A program made the translations under genes and the position numbers. Below are positions 50,601 to 63,173 of a stretch of DNA of 64,000 bases, in pieces. Within the stretch, counting starts at the first letter, position 1. Every line of letters starts with the position of its first letter. Below the pieces are notes generated by a model. That model searched no databases. It saw nothing but the letters and a program-made list of their open reading frames with translations, and was not told where the DNA came from. This DNA is from Thalia democratica (taxonomy: Eukaryota), in assembly GCA_965202585.1 (NCBI GenBank), contig OZ241831.1, positions 52,948,001 to 53,012,000 of the forward strand, written 5' to 3'.

Positions 50601-52239
50601 TACTTAAAGTTTCGATTAGATTATCTTTTATTTTATATTTCTAATTGTTTTTCATCTATATTTGATTTTGTAGCTACCATTTTATTGGAAAATTAATTTT
50701 TAAATAAGTAATACAATTTGTTGCTTTCACTGTAAAGTTTTTTTTTACATGAATACTTCAGTGTATAATTTTTTTGGTAGCTACATTTACTAAAAAAATC
50801 ATAGACTGTAGACTAAAGACATTCAACATGTTTTTAAGTTTGCGTGTTATCTTATGTTTAAATAATTTTTTGATTTATAATTGTTTTCATAGTTAAATTA
50901 ACTAACTTTTAGTCGATAAGTTTTTATAGTTAGTTTATTTACAATATATGAGTTTATAAAAGTGATTGTGTCAACAACAGAACAAAAAGAAGCTTTTTAG
51001 TATTGCTAAAAAAATTTTTGTATGTAGTTTTCTGTTTAAGTTCAATGATCCCAGAATAAATAAACATACGTTTCAAGTATGTAATTAACTAGATCTGTTC
51101 TAAAATTTTTAATTTAAAATCTTTAATTTTGTGAAACCACACAAGTAATATTCGTTTACACTAGTTTAATTGTGGATAAAATTGTGCATAACTTAGATTA
51201 TAATTTCTCGGTATAACTTTTCATTTAGTTTTGTAAAACTTTCTTTCTTTGGAATAATTTTTTATTTCTTTATATATGTTTTCATCACCTTGTTTATGAT
51301 TATTTTTGTCTTACAGTTAATTTCTTTAAATTTTAAACTATATAACTGATTATTACAAATAATTAACTTTTGATGAATTCACTTTTTTGTTGAATGCAAA
51401 TTAAAGATCATTTTAAGTCTAAAATAATCATAATTGAATACAGTTTTAATCAAACATATCATCGTATTTTTAGTTCTTTACAAGAAACTAAAATGAACGA
51501 AATCAAAAAAGAGTAAAAATTTATAAACTTATACAAAGCACATTTACATTGGTTGTAAATTTTATTTAAACAAAGAGTCTATTCTTATGTTTAGTTTTAC
51601 ACCATTGGTTCCAGTGTAAGTTTGAAACAATAACTTTTACCATTTTGTTACAGTTACATTAAATTAGGAAAGTAATTTTAAATTAAAGTTTTAATAATGT
51701 CATAATTTTAGATAAAGTAGAACATTTTTTATCCTGAAAGCATTTTAATTTCATTAAAAACTATTTAAAATATTTAATAGACAGTTTAAGGTTTAACTTT
51801 TAGTTTAAGGTTAAGTTTTTGCATTGTGAAAGGATGATATTTTATAGAAACTTATTTTTGAGTTTATTAAAGTTTAAATATCAAGTAATTAAACATAGTA
51901 ATAATAGAACTTTGGTTAAGTGTTAAATTTTATGTATTGTTTTTAAAAGCTATCACAGAACTTCTTTTTTTTTATTGTTATCATTGCTTCTTAGACTAAA
52001 ACCAGGAGTCAGCAGACATTTAATGGTCGCAGACCAAATTTCGAAAACAAAAATTTTAGCAACAATCAGGTGTAGTTTTGTTTTTGTTCTTTATAACATC
52101 CCCGAAATGCACAGTGCAAGTTTTGAGTTTTCCGTAACATGTACCTTATTTGAAATACTTTGTCTTCAACTTTAGATTTCTGACTACTACGTAAAATTTT
52201 TTAAATATTTACATATTGCAAAACGCATTTTAGTTTTCG

Positions 52240-52790
52240 TGGGTCGCATTCCACTCAAATTATTCCATTCAAAATAAAAACATTATCACGGCCAGCACTT
52301 TAACCCATAGAAGGGCACAGTTTGCCGAATCCTGCTTTTAACTCTGCATGTTTGGTTAAAAAAAAAGTACGCTCTAGAAAATGGGGAAGCAGCAATTTGA
52401 GAAATAGGGTCAATTTAGTTTTTTGCGGGCAGGATAAATTCATTTAATTAAAAAAAAATCAATTATTCAACTAATTTATAAAGTTTTATTTATTTAGTTT
52501 CCCGCTTCAAACTTCAGAAAATATGGTGTAAGTTTGAAATTTCCCGTGTAATCTGTTTATACTCTTAATTTCAAATATCTGGAAATCTAATTCAAGATTC
52601 AAATATGTTGTTTTCGCGGGCATGAGTTTGTACCTTTTATGGGATGCATTTTGTTTTACTATTCATAGGCTGCAGTTCTCCGACCCGTTATCTAGTGTAA
52701 GATTAAAATTTTATTTTGCAGGCCGGATTTACATGCTCGCAGACCGGGTCACTTAGTTTATTAAACATTGTCGGGCGAATTTACATTCAC
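52240..52790. mobile_element. Decayed hAT-type MITE fragments (paralogous to 22620-22950 and 1095-1240)
   Basis: gcgggc/gcaggccgg/gggtcgc motifs. atgctcgc..gggtcac is shared with the 1095-1240 element. Confidence 0.45.
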
Positions 52791-53129
52791 TACAAAAAAC
52801 TTTTTATTTGAATTTATATTTTATAATACTGTACTAACATCAACGATAAAACAGCAACCAGATTATGAGTTAGACTTTTAATGCCGGACTAGTTATAAAT
52901 AATTTATTACTAATGCAGCTGTTCAATCAAGCTTGTTAATTCCAACGCTTCCGTATCACAATATATTTAAAAGAGATAATAGGAGTAAAAAAATGGTCAA
53001 AACAATGTTTTGATCTAGTCATTTCTTATGAACTATTTTTTATAGAATATCTTGATCTTTATTAGAATATTAAATTAATAGTTGACAATATTCGTTGCAA
53101 TAAGTAAATCTTCTGTACGGTCATTAGTC

Positions 53130-53405
53130 AAATATGCACAAAGACACTTTTTAACAGAGTGTCAAATATCAACGAATAGTCACTTTTGCACAAAAACACT
53201 TTGGCACGAAGGAAATTTTAGCACAAAGACACTTTTCACGAAGGTTCACTTTTCCACGAGCAAAACTATTTTCAGAAAAAAATACCCTTTGTGAAAAGTG
53301 ACGCCATGCAAAAGTGTCTTCGTACAATAGTGACTATTCGTGCATATTTGACAATTTGTTTAAAAGTGTATTCGTGCATATCTGACCAATTACTGTGCAA
53401 AAGAT
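53130..53405. mobile_element. Degenerate short foldback (ttttgcacga) element
   Basis: cacttttgcac repeats at 53170-53260 and inverted gtgcaaaag repeats at 53290-53405. The flank tcaaatatgca is shared with 23143. Confidence 0.55.
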
Positions 53406-53418
53406 ATACTTGTTGAAA

Positions 53419-55164
53419 TAGTGTAGTGTTGCAACTTAATGTGATGTGATAGTTGTAGTGTTGCAATTTTTTTTGATGTGATAGTTGTATTGTTGCAGCT
53501 TACTGTGGTATGATAGTTGTAGTGTTTTAACTTAATGTGATTTGATAGTTGTAGTGTTTCAGTTTACTGTGAAGTGATAGTTGTAGTGTAGTAACTTAAT
53601 GTGATGTGATAGTTGTAGTGTTGCAGATTACTGTAATGTGATAGTTGTATTGTTGCAATCTACTGTAACGTGATAATTATAGTGTTGCAACTTAATGTGA
53701 TGTGATAGTTGTAGTGTTGTAACTTAATTTGATGTGATAATTGTAGTGTTACAACTTACTTTTATATCATAGTTGTATTGTTGCAGCTTACTGTGATATG
53801 ATAGTTGTAGTGTTTTAACTTAATGTGATTTGATAGTTGTAGTGTTTCAGTTTACTGTGATGTGATAGTTGTAGTGTTGCAGCTTACTGTAATGTGATAG
53901 TTGTAGTGTTGCAACTTACTGTTATGTCATAGTTGTATTGTTGCAGCTTACTGTGATATGATAGTTGTAGTGTTTTAACTTAATGTGATTTGATAGTTGT
54001 AGTGTTTCAGTTTACTGTGATGTGATAGTTGTAGTGTTGCAAACTACTGTGATGTGATAGTTGTATTGTTGCAGCTTACTGTGATGTGATAGTTGTACTG
54101 TTGCAAACTACTGTGATGTGATAGTTGTATTGTTTCAGCTTATTGTGATGTGATAGTTGTAGTGTTGCAATCTACTGTGAAGTGATAGTTGTATTGTTAC
54201 AAACTACTATGATGTGATAGTTGTATTGGTGCAGCTTACTGTGATGTGATAGTTGTAGTGTTTCGACTTACTGTAATGTGATAATTGTATTTTTGCAATC
54301 AACTGTAACGTAATAGTTATAGTGTTGCAACTTAATGTGATGTGATAGTTGTAGTGTTGTTACTTAATGTGATTTGATAGTTGTAGTGTTGCAACTTGCT
54401 GTGATGTGATAGTTATATTGTTGCAGCTTACTGTGATATGATAGTTGTAGTGTTTTAACTCAATGTGATTTGATAGTTGTAGTGTTTCAGTTTACTGTGA
54501 TGTGATAGTTGTAGTGTTGCAACTTACTGTAATGTGATAGTTGTATTGTTGCAATTAACTGTAACGTGATAGTTATAGTGTTGCAACTTAATGTGATTTG
54601 ATAGTTGTAGTGTTGTAACTTAATGTGATGTGATAGATGTAGTGTTTCAGTTTACTGTTATGTGATATTTGTAGTGTTGCAACTTATTGTGATTTGATAG
54701 TTGTAGTGATTTAACTCAATGTGATGTGATAGTTGTAGTGTTTCAGCTTACTGTAATGTGATAGTTGTTTTGTTGCAGTTTACTGTGATGTGATAGTTGT
54801 AGTGTTGCAACTTACTGTTATGTTGTAGTTGTAGTGTTTTAACTTGTTGTGATGTGATAGTTGTAATGTTGTAACTTAATGTGATGTGATAGTTGTAGTG
54901 TTGTAACTTGTTGTGATGTGATAGTTGTAGTGTTGTAACTTAATGTGATTTGATAGTTGTAGTGTTTCAGTTTACTGTGATGTGATAGTTGTATTGTTGC
55001 AATTTATTGTGATGTGATAGTTGTATTGTTACAGCTTACTGTGATATGATAGTTGTAGTGTTTTAACTTAATGTGATTTGATAGTTTTAGTGTTTCAGAT
55101 TACTGTGATGTGATAGTTGTAGTGTTGCAATCTACTGTAACGTGATAGTTATAGTGTTGCAACT
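53419..55164 (+). repeat. 32-bp minisatellite, ~54 copies, consensus gtgatgtgatagttgtagtgttgcagcttact
   Basis: Regular 32-nt periodicity. Variant patterns recur at 160-nt spacing (agttgtattgttgcagcttactgtgatatg at 53771 and 53931). Confidence 0.95.
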
Positions 55165-56938
55165 TTAGTTATAACTTTAAAATTTTTTAAGTTTAAAATT
55201 ATAAGTTTTTCGAAAATTATTAATGCTTTAAGCACTTACTTACGCTAATAATGTCACAAATTGTTTTTAGGCTGCAGCATTGATTTGATGAAGCTAGATA
55301 ATTCCATACTTCCTGTAAAAAAATTACCATAATAAATTTTTTTTAATAATTATAGCTTCAAAGGAACTTCTATAAAACAAAAGTGCTATTAACATTCGAG
55401 ATCACACTGAAAATAAAATCATCATGACCATACTGTTTTTTTACCTATCACTGCTTTGAAAACTCTATAACACATATTAACACATATTTACTGTTAATAG
55501 AATGCATTTTTTAATTTGGTTAAAAATATATAATAACTAAGACTTTTTATTGTTACTTATTTTAGCTGTTTATAATTTAACTAAACCTGAAATGAAACTT
55601 AATTTATAAAGCAACATTAAAACATACATTTTTATTTGATTTTACTTAAACTTTAAGTTACATAATTTATGCTCTTCAAACAGAAAAACATCATTAAATA
55701 TTTTTTATTTCATCTTTTTTATTTTTTTTAATTTATCAACGGTTGCAAAGAAAAGTTTTAGGTTTATGAACTGAATGTTCGGCGTTAAGAGTTCTCAATA
55801 AATTGAAAGAAATGTTCAGTAAATTTAAACATAAGTAAAGGTTTTGTTTGTTTAAACTACTATTAAACAAAACAGAAGTTAATTACAATTTAAATGAGAA
55901 GAAAATGAGGTTAAGGTTTAAAAAATAAATCAGAATGAGAATCTTGAAATCTTGATCAAATAAACCATAATTAATATATATAGACAATTTTTTTTATATA
56001 ATTTTATTTATCACAACCCTTTCTTTACAAATTTAGCGTTTTTTAATTAAAATTCATAAAAGCTTCTTTATTCACAAAAATTATAAACTTACTAACTTTA
56101 AAAAAACACTTAACTAGTTACGAATAAAAAATACTTTTCTAAATAAAAAATGTTTGTGCAAGTTATTTGATAAAAATAACGAGGTTATAAAAATCTTGTT
56201 AAGGAAAATCTTATCTAAAGCATATAAAACTTTTTATCCAATTAACAAAATAAAAGGCAAAATTTATTTAGATATAATACAAAAGTTATACAACAAATTA
56301 CATCTAATAATGTCTAATAACAAAAAAATTTATATAAAATCTATAACTTTTATTTGAAGTATCAAAAATGTTTTAACAGTTTACAAAAGTCAAAAAGCAA
56401 AATTTAGTCAGACTTTGCTTTTAATATAGATAATTAACAAACTAAGCGAAACTCATATAAAAATACCTGATTTGCAAGCTAAAATATTTGTAAATAATTA
56501 ATCTAACCAAAAATTGTAAATTAATCTGCTATTTGTAGGTTATTTTACAACTATAAGACTATATTACAAAAACAACTAGAAACATTTAATCGTAGCAACT
56601 TTTACTGAAACACAAAGTTAAGTTAAGCCAGAATAAGTTATAAATACAAGTTTAAAAAACAAAGCAAAATCTATGTAAAAGTTCAGCATTGTATACTAAC
56701 AAAACTAAAATTTGTAATATATCCTATAAGCATTAATATCTAGTCGCTAAAAAAGTAATCAATAACATCTAATGTTTCTGAAAACAAATACAAATTGAAT
56801 TCTTATCACAATTAGCATTCAATAAACAAAGTACACAAATAATTTTGAATATTGGAAATAGTTCACTTTTTACAACTATAATATTAATATTTTTTGAATA
56901 AGCCTAATATAAATAACAAACAAAATTGATCAAAAGCA

Positions 56939-57440
56939 TTAAAATGATAAAAACAAAACTAAATATTTTTCATATATGGTGAAATGCATCCTTATTTGTT
57001 TTCTTATGATAAACATTTCCGATATCTTCGAATTAAAACTATCACAATTTTTGATTTGATCTCGGCCAATTGATAACAGATCCAAATAATTAAATTTTGA
57101 CTGGCCTGTAGTGTTTCTCAGACAATTTTTTATTCTTTTGAGAGCTGAAAACGTTCTTTCTGCATTTGTTAAATGTTTGGATTGTGTCTTTTTGATTGTG
57201 TCAAACATTTTTATTTCTTAATATGTTTCGTATCTAATCACACTTTATTGTAGCGAAGTTGTTTTGTATGTTTTAATGTATTTGAACTATATAAAATAAT
57301 TGTTAGTATGTAACAAAATGTATATTTTGTTGTTTTTTAAATGACTGCCAGGGGGCGTCAAATCAAATTGTTTAACTAATCACAAGTGTTTCTTAATTTT
57401 TTTTATTCTTTTGAGAGCTGAAAACATTCTTTTAGCATTT
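56939..57440 (-). mobile_element. Remnants of hAT transposase C-terminal dimerisation domain (ZMYM1/THAP12-like), two tandem 3' fragments
   Basis: AERTFSALKRIKNCLRNTTGQSKFNYLDLLSIGRD matches the ERSFSxLKxIKTxLRSTM motif. A second partial copy lies at ~57384-57440, followed by a TIR-like gacgccccctg (57349-57360). Confidence 0.8.
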
Positions 57441-58261
57441 CTAGAACATATTGGTGTTGCTATTAATGTTTTCAAAATTTTTGCTGTTAATGTTTTCTTA
57501 AGCTTTGCGATTTATATGAATGACTACACTAGTTATTTTCTTCAATGTCAGTTAAAGGTTTTTACCAAACCCCACTTATAATGCCATGAGAGAGATTGAA
57601 AACTTAAATTTTATAAAAACATTGAAAAGTAGGGGTAAGTTTGTTTTTAAGGAAAATAAAGGAAAATTGTAATAAAAAAATTAAAGCAAAATACTATAAA
57701 ACAACAACAAAAACAGTTTAACAACCTTGTGATATAATTAAAATTAAATAACTTTTTCAAAAAAAAAATGCATGAAACTTGTGAGTTAAAATACAGGCTG
57801 ATTAACGTTAAAATAAAATAAATATGTATTAAAATTTATTTTCCTTTAAACATATTTTTTAAACTTTTAAATATTTATCTAATATTTTTGTGTAAATTAA
57901 ATTAATAAAAACTTGAATGTATAATTATTTTGGATACAAAGAGTTATTTTTATATATATTATAAAATTGAGTCCATTTGAATGTTCCAGTACTTTCATAA
58001 GCCAAAAATCTTAAAACAAAGATTTGTACAAATTTATTTGTTTTTTTTATTGAAACACATGCCTATATTAATAAAGTTAACTTTGACCATTACATACTTG
58101 CAAAATAAATTTCAATTTTGACTGAGAGTTTATTTTCTGAAAAAACTGACATGCACTAACTCAACTATTAATAACGGTTAGACATAACTTCATTGAAGGT
58201 TTTAACAAACCTTAAAAACAGCTTAAAGTCTAATTGCTTTCTGTCTTCTTGACATTTAAGA

Positions 58262-58610
58262 CAGGAGTTTCCAAATGGGTTGATTGATGCCTTAGGGTGC
58301 TTTTTGCTAACAACGGGCAATAAAAAGCTTGAGGGCGAGAACTAAACTGGTAATTAATCAGTAGATTTGTTATATATATGATAATATCAGTTGACAATAA
58401 CATTTTTATTTTATCTCAAATATATTTTTAAGTAGTTTAGGGTTTTTTAATTGTGCATTTAAAAATATTTTTAGCTTGTAAGAAATAAATATAGAGTAAA
58501 AAACTTTATAAACACAATACTCAAATAATATAAGTAGTTAACTATTTGTATTTTTACTTTCAATCATTTTATTTTCAGTGGGATTCAAAAAAAAATAAGT
58601 TAAATTTCTA
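58262..58610. mobile_element. Old degenerate copy of the 37350 MITE family
   Basis: caggagtttccaaa start, aacgggcaataaaaa..gggc internal motif and agtgggattc.aaaaaaa near the end. Confidence 0.4.
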
Positions 58611-59379
58611 TGTTAAAAAAAAACAGTAAATTTTAAATAAAACATTATAAAGTTGTTAATATGTTTTTAATTCATAACACAAAATTAATAAATCAATAAT
58701 CATGTAGTATTATTTTACTTTTTGTAAGTATTTTATAATTATAGAGACAAAACCTAAAACTAGTTTTCTTGTATACGATTTTACCACCAGTATCTTCAAA
58801 TTCATTGTTTTTTTAACAGTTTTTAGTATATAGAAAAGTTATTTGCGCACCGTATTTTTGTTACATGCGTTATTTAAGTGAACTTAGTATGCTTCATCGA
58901 CAAACGAAACCTAGAAATAATTTTTCCACGTGAATTAAGTTGTTGTGTGAGCTGATTGAAATGCTTTTAATCAGTTTTAAAATTCTTTAGAAAATAAATA
59001 ACCGCATTTAAGCATGAAATTATTTGTGTATTGCGGTTAGTGCTAAATGGGGCTCTGACAGTTAAATTTAATTATCCAGGCCTTCAAACCTTAATCAGAT
59101 TAAAAAGTGTAACAAATTTGATTGAGTTTTATCGAAGTTGAAATTTAAAGCTGCTGATAGAGATCTCAAATGAAAAGTTGCAAATAATTTGTTGGCATTT
59201 ATTTAAATTTAACATTCTCAACTATTGATATCTTTCAAAGAAAACTTGGAAAAAATTAATTCTGTTTTTTTAGAAGTATGCAGTCTTAAGCAAGCGATGA
59301 TTATACGAATTTAAAAGCAGAGCGTTAAATAATTACAAAGTATTACGTATAAAAACGTAATTTTTAAATTTTAATTTTA

Positions 59380-59430
59380 AGTTTGCAGTCAGGCTAATCA
59401 GCTTGTTGCTGATTAGAGTGACTGCAAACT
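59380..59430. other. 51-nt near-perfect hairpin (12 bp + 2x2 internal loop + 9 bp, 5-nt loop)
   Basis: agtttgcagtca-gg-ctaatcagc-ttgtt-gctgattag-ag-tgactgcaaact. Both stems are perfectly complementary. Function is unknown. Confidence 0.85.
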
Positions 59431-61316
59431 CTATAGTAACTAAACTCAATTTAACAGTATCATTGGTAAATAACAAACAATAAAAAAAGAGTATGTGTGA
59501 GTTAACATTATTTTACAATTGTACAAAGTTTGTAATTTACTTTAAATATGTAAATTACAATTTTTAGATGATAAAATTTATGAAATTAATTTTTTATGAA
59601 ACTACAAGTTGTTCTCAACTGTGGTATCATTTTCAAATACCAACAATAAAACTAATACTTTAAAATAAGCTATTTGTTATACTATATAAATCAAATAACT
59701 TTTATTAGATTACAATTTATGACTATAAGTACAAAGATAAGTAATAAAAACTCAGTTCAAGTCCCAAATTTTAAACATATTTTTAAATTAATAGTTTTTA
59801 TATATTAAATAATATAGAGTTAGTTTAAGTATGTAGATAATATTTAAAATTTTTAAGAGATTACTGCTTCGGGTTTTTAGTAGTGATCGCGGAGATTTGT
59901 TTAATAAATAAGTATGTAACACCAAGTCATATCATCGTAAATATAAGGTAAACCAAATAGAAAGGTCAATTAAAAAGAAGATCAAATTATAGATTTCAGC
60001 TTCAGTTTTTAAAAGGTTTGTATGTAAATATAAATAAATTTTAAGAAGAAAAGCACTAATTAAAGTATTTACGTAGATCCATCACTAGCGGCGCTTATTA
60101 AAATTAGATCTTTAAGTGCACCGATTATATGCTTTTCAGCTTGATGTTCACAGAATTTAATTAGCTTGACAACTTGTCTAACTTATTAAAAAATACTAAA
60201 TTAACTTGTTTAAACTGTTTAAAAAGTATTATTATAAGTACAATTATTAAAAATACTATAAAAGTCACTTAATAAAAGCATAAATTTTAATTGTTTTGGA
60301 CATACTATTTATTTTAACGCTACAAGTTATGATCATATCATATTTACCATTAGATCAATTAGTAGATTGATGCCATAGCTTGGTTCTCATAAAATATTTT
60401 CGTTTAGTCGTAACTATAGATAGCTGTAATGGTTATTATACAAACATTGGTAATTTCTATTAAGAAAATTTTACATACATTGGTCTTATTAGTGAAACCT
60501 ATCTATTCAACTGCTGCGCAAAGTAAATTAATTATTAAGACATCTGATGCACTTGCAGTGTGATGAGATCAAATATAAAACGTCTCTTTAAGTCTAACGA
60601 GCTGAAACCTATTTTTTATACAATCTAATGGGAGCATGTTTGAAAACATGAACCGATGATTCCAAACTTATCGAGCTTTTAAAAAAATTTCATTTTTTGC
60701 ATTAAAGTGTATAAATATAATATAAGTGTTATTTCGCATTAAAATTTTAACTGTAATTCTGATCCACCAATATCTTAGTAAAATAATAAACGGATCTAGT
60801 TAGATTCCAATTTGTAGATCCGGTAAATCACAACTAAATGTAAGCTTTTCTAGCTAAATTTTTAACTAAAATCCAACTAATTTACAATAAAGATAAAATC
60901 AATCTCATTACATTTTACTAAATTACATAAAATAAACAAATTACAACATATATAATACTTTTTATATTTATTACTTTATGTCAATTAGTATAAAAATCAA
61001 AAATTCTGAAGTAGTAAGTAAACAATTATTCAAAGCATTTTAGGACTTTAAACTTTACTACAAAAAATAAGCATCAATCTATTTAACCTAAGAAATTATT
61101 TTGTTCACAAAAAGCTTTATAAAAAGGAAAAAAAAATAGTTCATCGTAACACATAACATACAACAAGGTAAAATATGTCTGATAATTTGTTAAAAATAAC
61201 AAATTTTATTAGATAAGGTTTTCAGAATAAGTTTTATAAAAAACTAGAAGAACCAAAAATATTGACCAGTAAGCATACTTCGACAGAAAAAATTTACGAA
61301 TATCTTTGTTTTTTAC

Positions 61317-63018
61317 TTATACTTCGTCTAACTCAAATACAATCAGGTAGGCTGGAACTAAACCAGATGGATTTTCTACATATCCATTATTACCAAAGAA
61401 TCTTTCTCTTGTTACACTACCTCTGCTGTCTTTGATCAATTCGCTATCTTTTTGGTTTAATTTTTTATAGTTTTCTTTTGAACGTAGAACAAATACAACC
61501 GATAACTTTTTTACAGTGTTATCTACTTCACAATAATTATGAACACTACTAAGTGCTGTACTTAAGTCAGTTGTAGGGTCATATAGTATTATATCAATAT
61601 CATCTAGGTCATTCTGTTCTTCAGGATAACCATTTGTAAGTATATACTTTATATTTTTTACTGAAACTCCATTAAGATAAAGATACTTTTCTTTAAATTC
61701 ATAAAATTTATTTGTGTCAAAAGGGTTGATTCTAAACAACTGCCTTATTTTTGGCAAATTTCCAGGATTTTTATTATCAAATGAACTCAAAATAACTTTG
61801 TAATCATCATTATTCTTATCAAAAAGCTCAGTACTAAATTTTCTTTTTTCGTCATCTTTGAGTTTTATTGTACTGCTTAACTTAAAGGAAAGTTGATCCA
61901 TATAATAAGTTAAAACTTTTTCTAACATAGGAGTAATTAAATCAATTTTTCCAAGATGAATTGCTTTAATTTCTTTCTCGAATTCTTCTGCTAACATTGT
62001 AAAGGAAAACTCTGAATTTTCTTTATGAGTACTGTTTTCTTTGTTTATATTCTGATTTATCGTAGAAATAACATTGCCTTTTCTATAACTTCTTATCTTC
62101 AAAATGCTATAAAGTGTTTCACTAACTATATCGTCTACATTAGTTTTTTCTTCAATTTCTATTAAATAAGCTGGTACTACTAAACTATGGTGGGCCAACG
62201 CTATCTTTTCTTGGTCAATGTTTTGAAATGAACCATTCAAAATTTTTCTGTTATGACTATCAAACAACTCAAACAACAATTCTTCAAATTTTAGAGGTTT
62301 TTCTAAGCTTTTGTTAAATATTTTTATAAATTGACTATTTCTTAAATACTCTTGAAAAGATATATTAAATTCACGCTCATTATATGGTAGTTGTTTTTCA
62401 GGGTTTGGTACACTATTAACAAAAATGTATCGAAACTTTTTAATCGAATTTCCTTCTGTTGCGAAACACATACCGTAATTATAAGCATATTTAAAACTAT
62501 TAGTTAGATACACTTCAGGTCCATAAGACCCTTTTTGAGATGGATTAAATCCGGTCTGTAGGATTCCTTTAATATTTGGTGCTTTTGTTCCGTGAAGCAA
62601 AAGTATCTGATTAGAATCATTCGAGTCTGTTGAACTATTTTCGATTGATACTACTCTGTATATTTTTAAACCTTTAATTTTTTGTCTGATGTCTAGTTGT
62701 GATCTAGAGTTTTTCAAATTATCGTTAAATTTTATTGAACTTTGAAGATTTTCGTAGTCTGGATCATAGGTTTTTAACAGCTCAAGTTTATACATAAAAC
62801 CTAAAAGAACAAACTTTTTGATATTTGCAACATCATATTCACAAGATTTTCTTTTTTTTTTCTTGCTTAAACATCAACTCCTTTTCGTAAGCATTTTTTT
62901 CTTCTTTTATTTCCTCTTCCGCTTTTATAACAGTATCTTGTAGAAAATCTTTACTGTTAGGGTGACTTTTTGAAAACTCTTCCAGTTTATTTTTAATGGA
63001 CTGCATCGTTAGTTTCAT
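61317..63018 (-). pseudogene. Tandem ART/pseudo-ART gene copy 4, with a 5' frameshift (~62845-62885) and a downstream 492-aa ORF carrying both domains
   Basis: The ATG at 63018 gives MKLTMQSIKNKLEEFSKSHP.. and hits TGA at 62839-62841. The segment is 7 nt longer than in copy 1, within an A-rich run. The next frame gives CEYDVANIKKFVLLGFMYKLELL.. to the stop at 61317. LLLHGT is intact but the motif reads GPEVY instead of GPGVY. Confidence 0.85.
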
Positions 63019-63173
63019 TTTACTTGTAAAAAGCTGAAAAACTATTTAGTTAGATTTTCGAAAATACTTTTTAAAAGTCACAAGTACAACTGATATTTAA
63101 ATAAATAAGTAAGCTTAAAACAATTGTTCTTGTAGGCACAACAGCCAAAGTATGGGTTTATCGTGACAGAATA

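Noticed and set aside
52020-52140. MLRKTQNLHCAFRGCYK, resembling the start of a THAP zinc finger
   Set aside because: Only the first CxxxC is present. The conserved P, W and C-x2-H elements cannot be aligned without several frameshifts.
53419-55164. Minisatellite as a CRISPR array or mucin-like coding repeat
   Set aside because: There are no unique spacers or cas genes and the context is eukaryotic. The 32-nt unit is not a multiple of 3 and the frames contain stops.
60555-60610. GTGATGA ... CTGA resembling C/D-box snoRNA boxes
   Set aside because: The boxes are only ~40 nt apart, with no terminal stem and no recognisable rRNA-complementary guide.
4286-63018. Equal ~21.8-kb spacing of copy 1 to copy 2 and copy 3 to copy 4, suggesting one two-gene block duplication
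   Set aside because: The intervening content differs largely, and copy 4 is not obviously closer to copy 2 than to copy 1. The equal spacing is probably coincidental.
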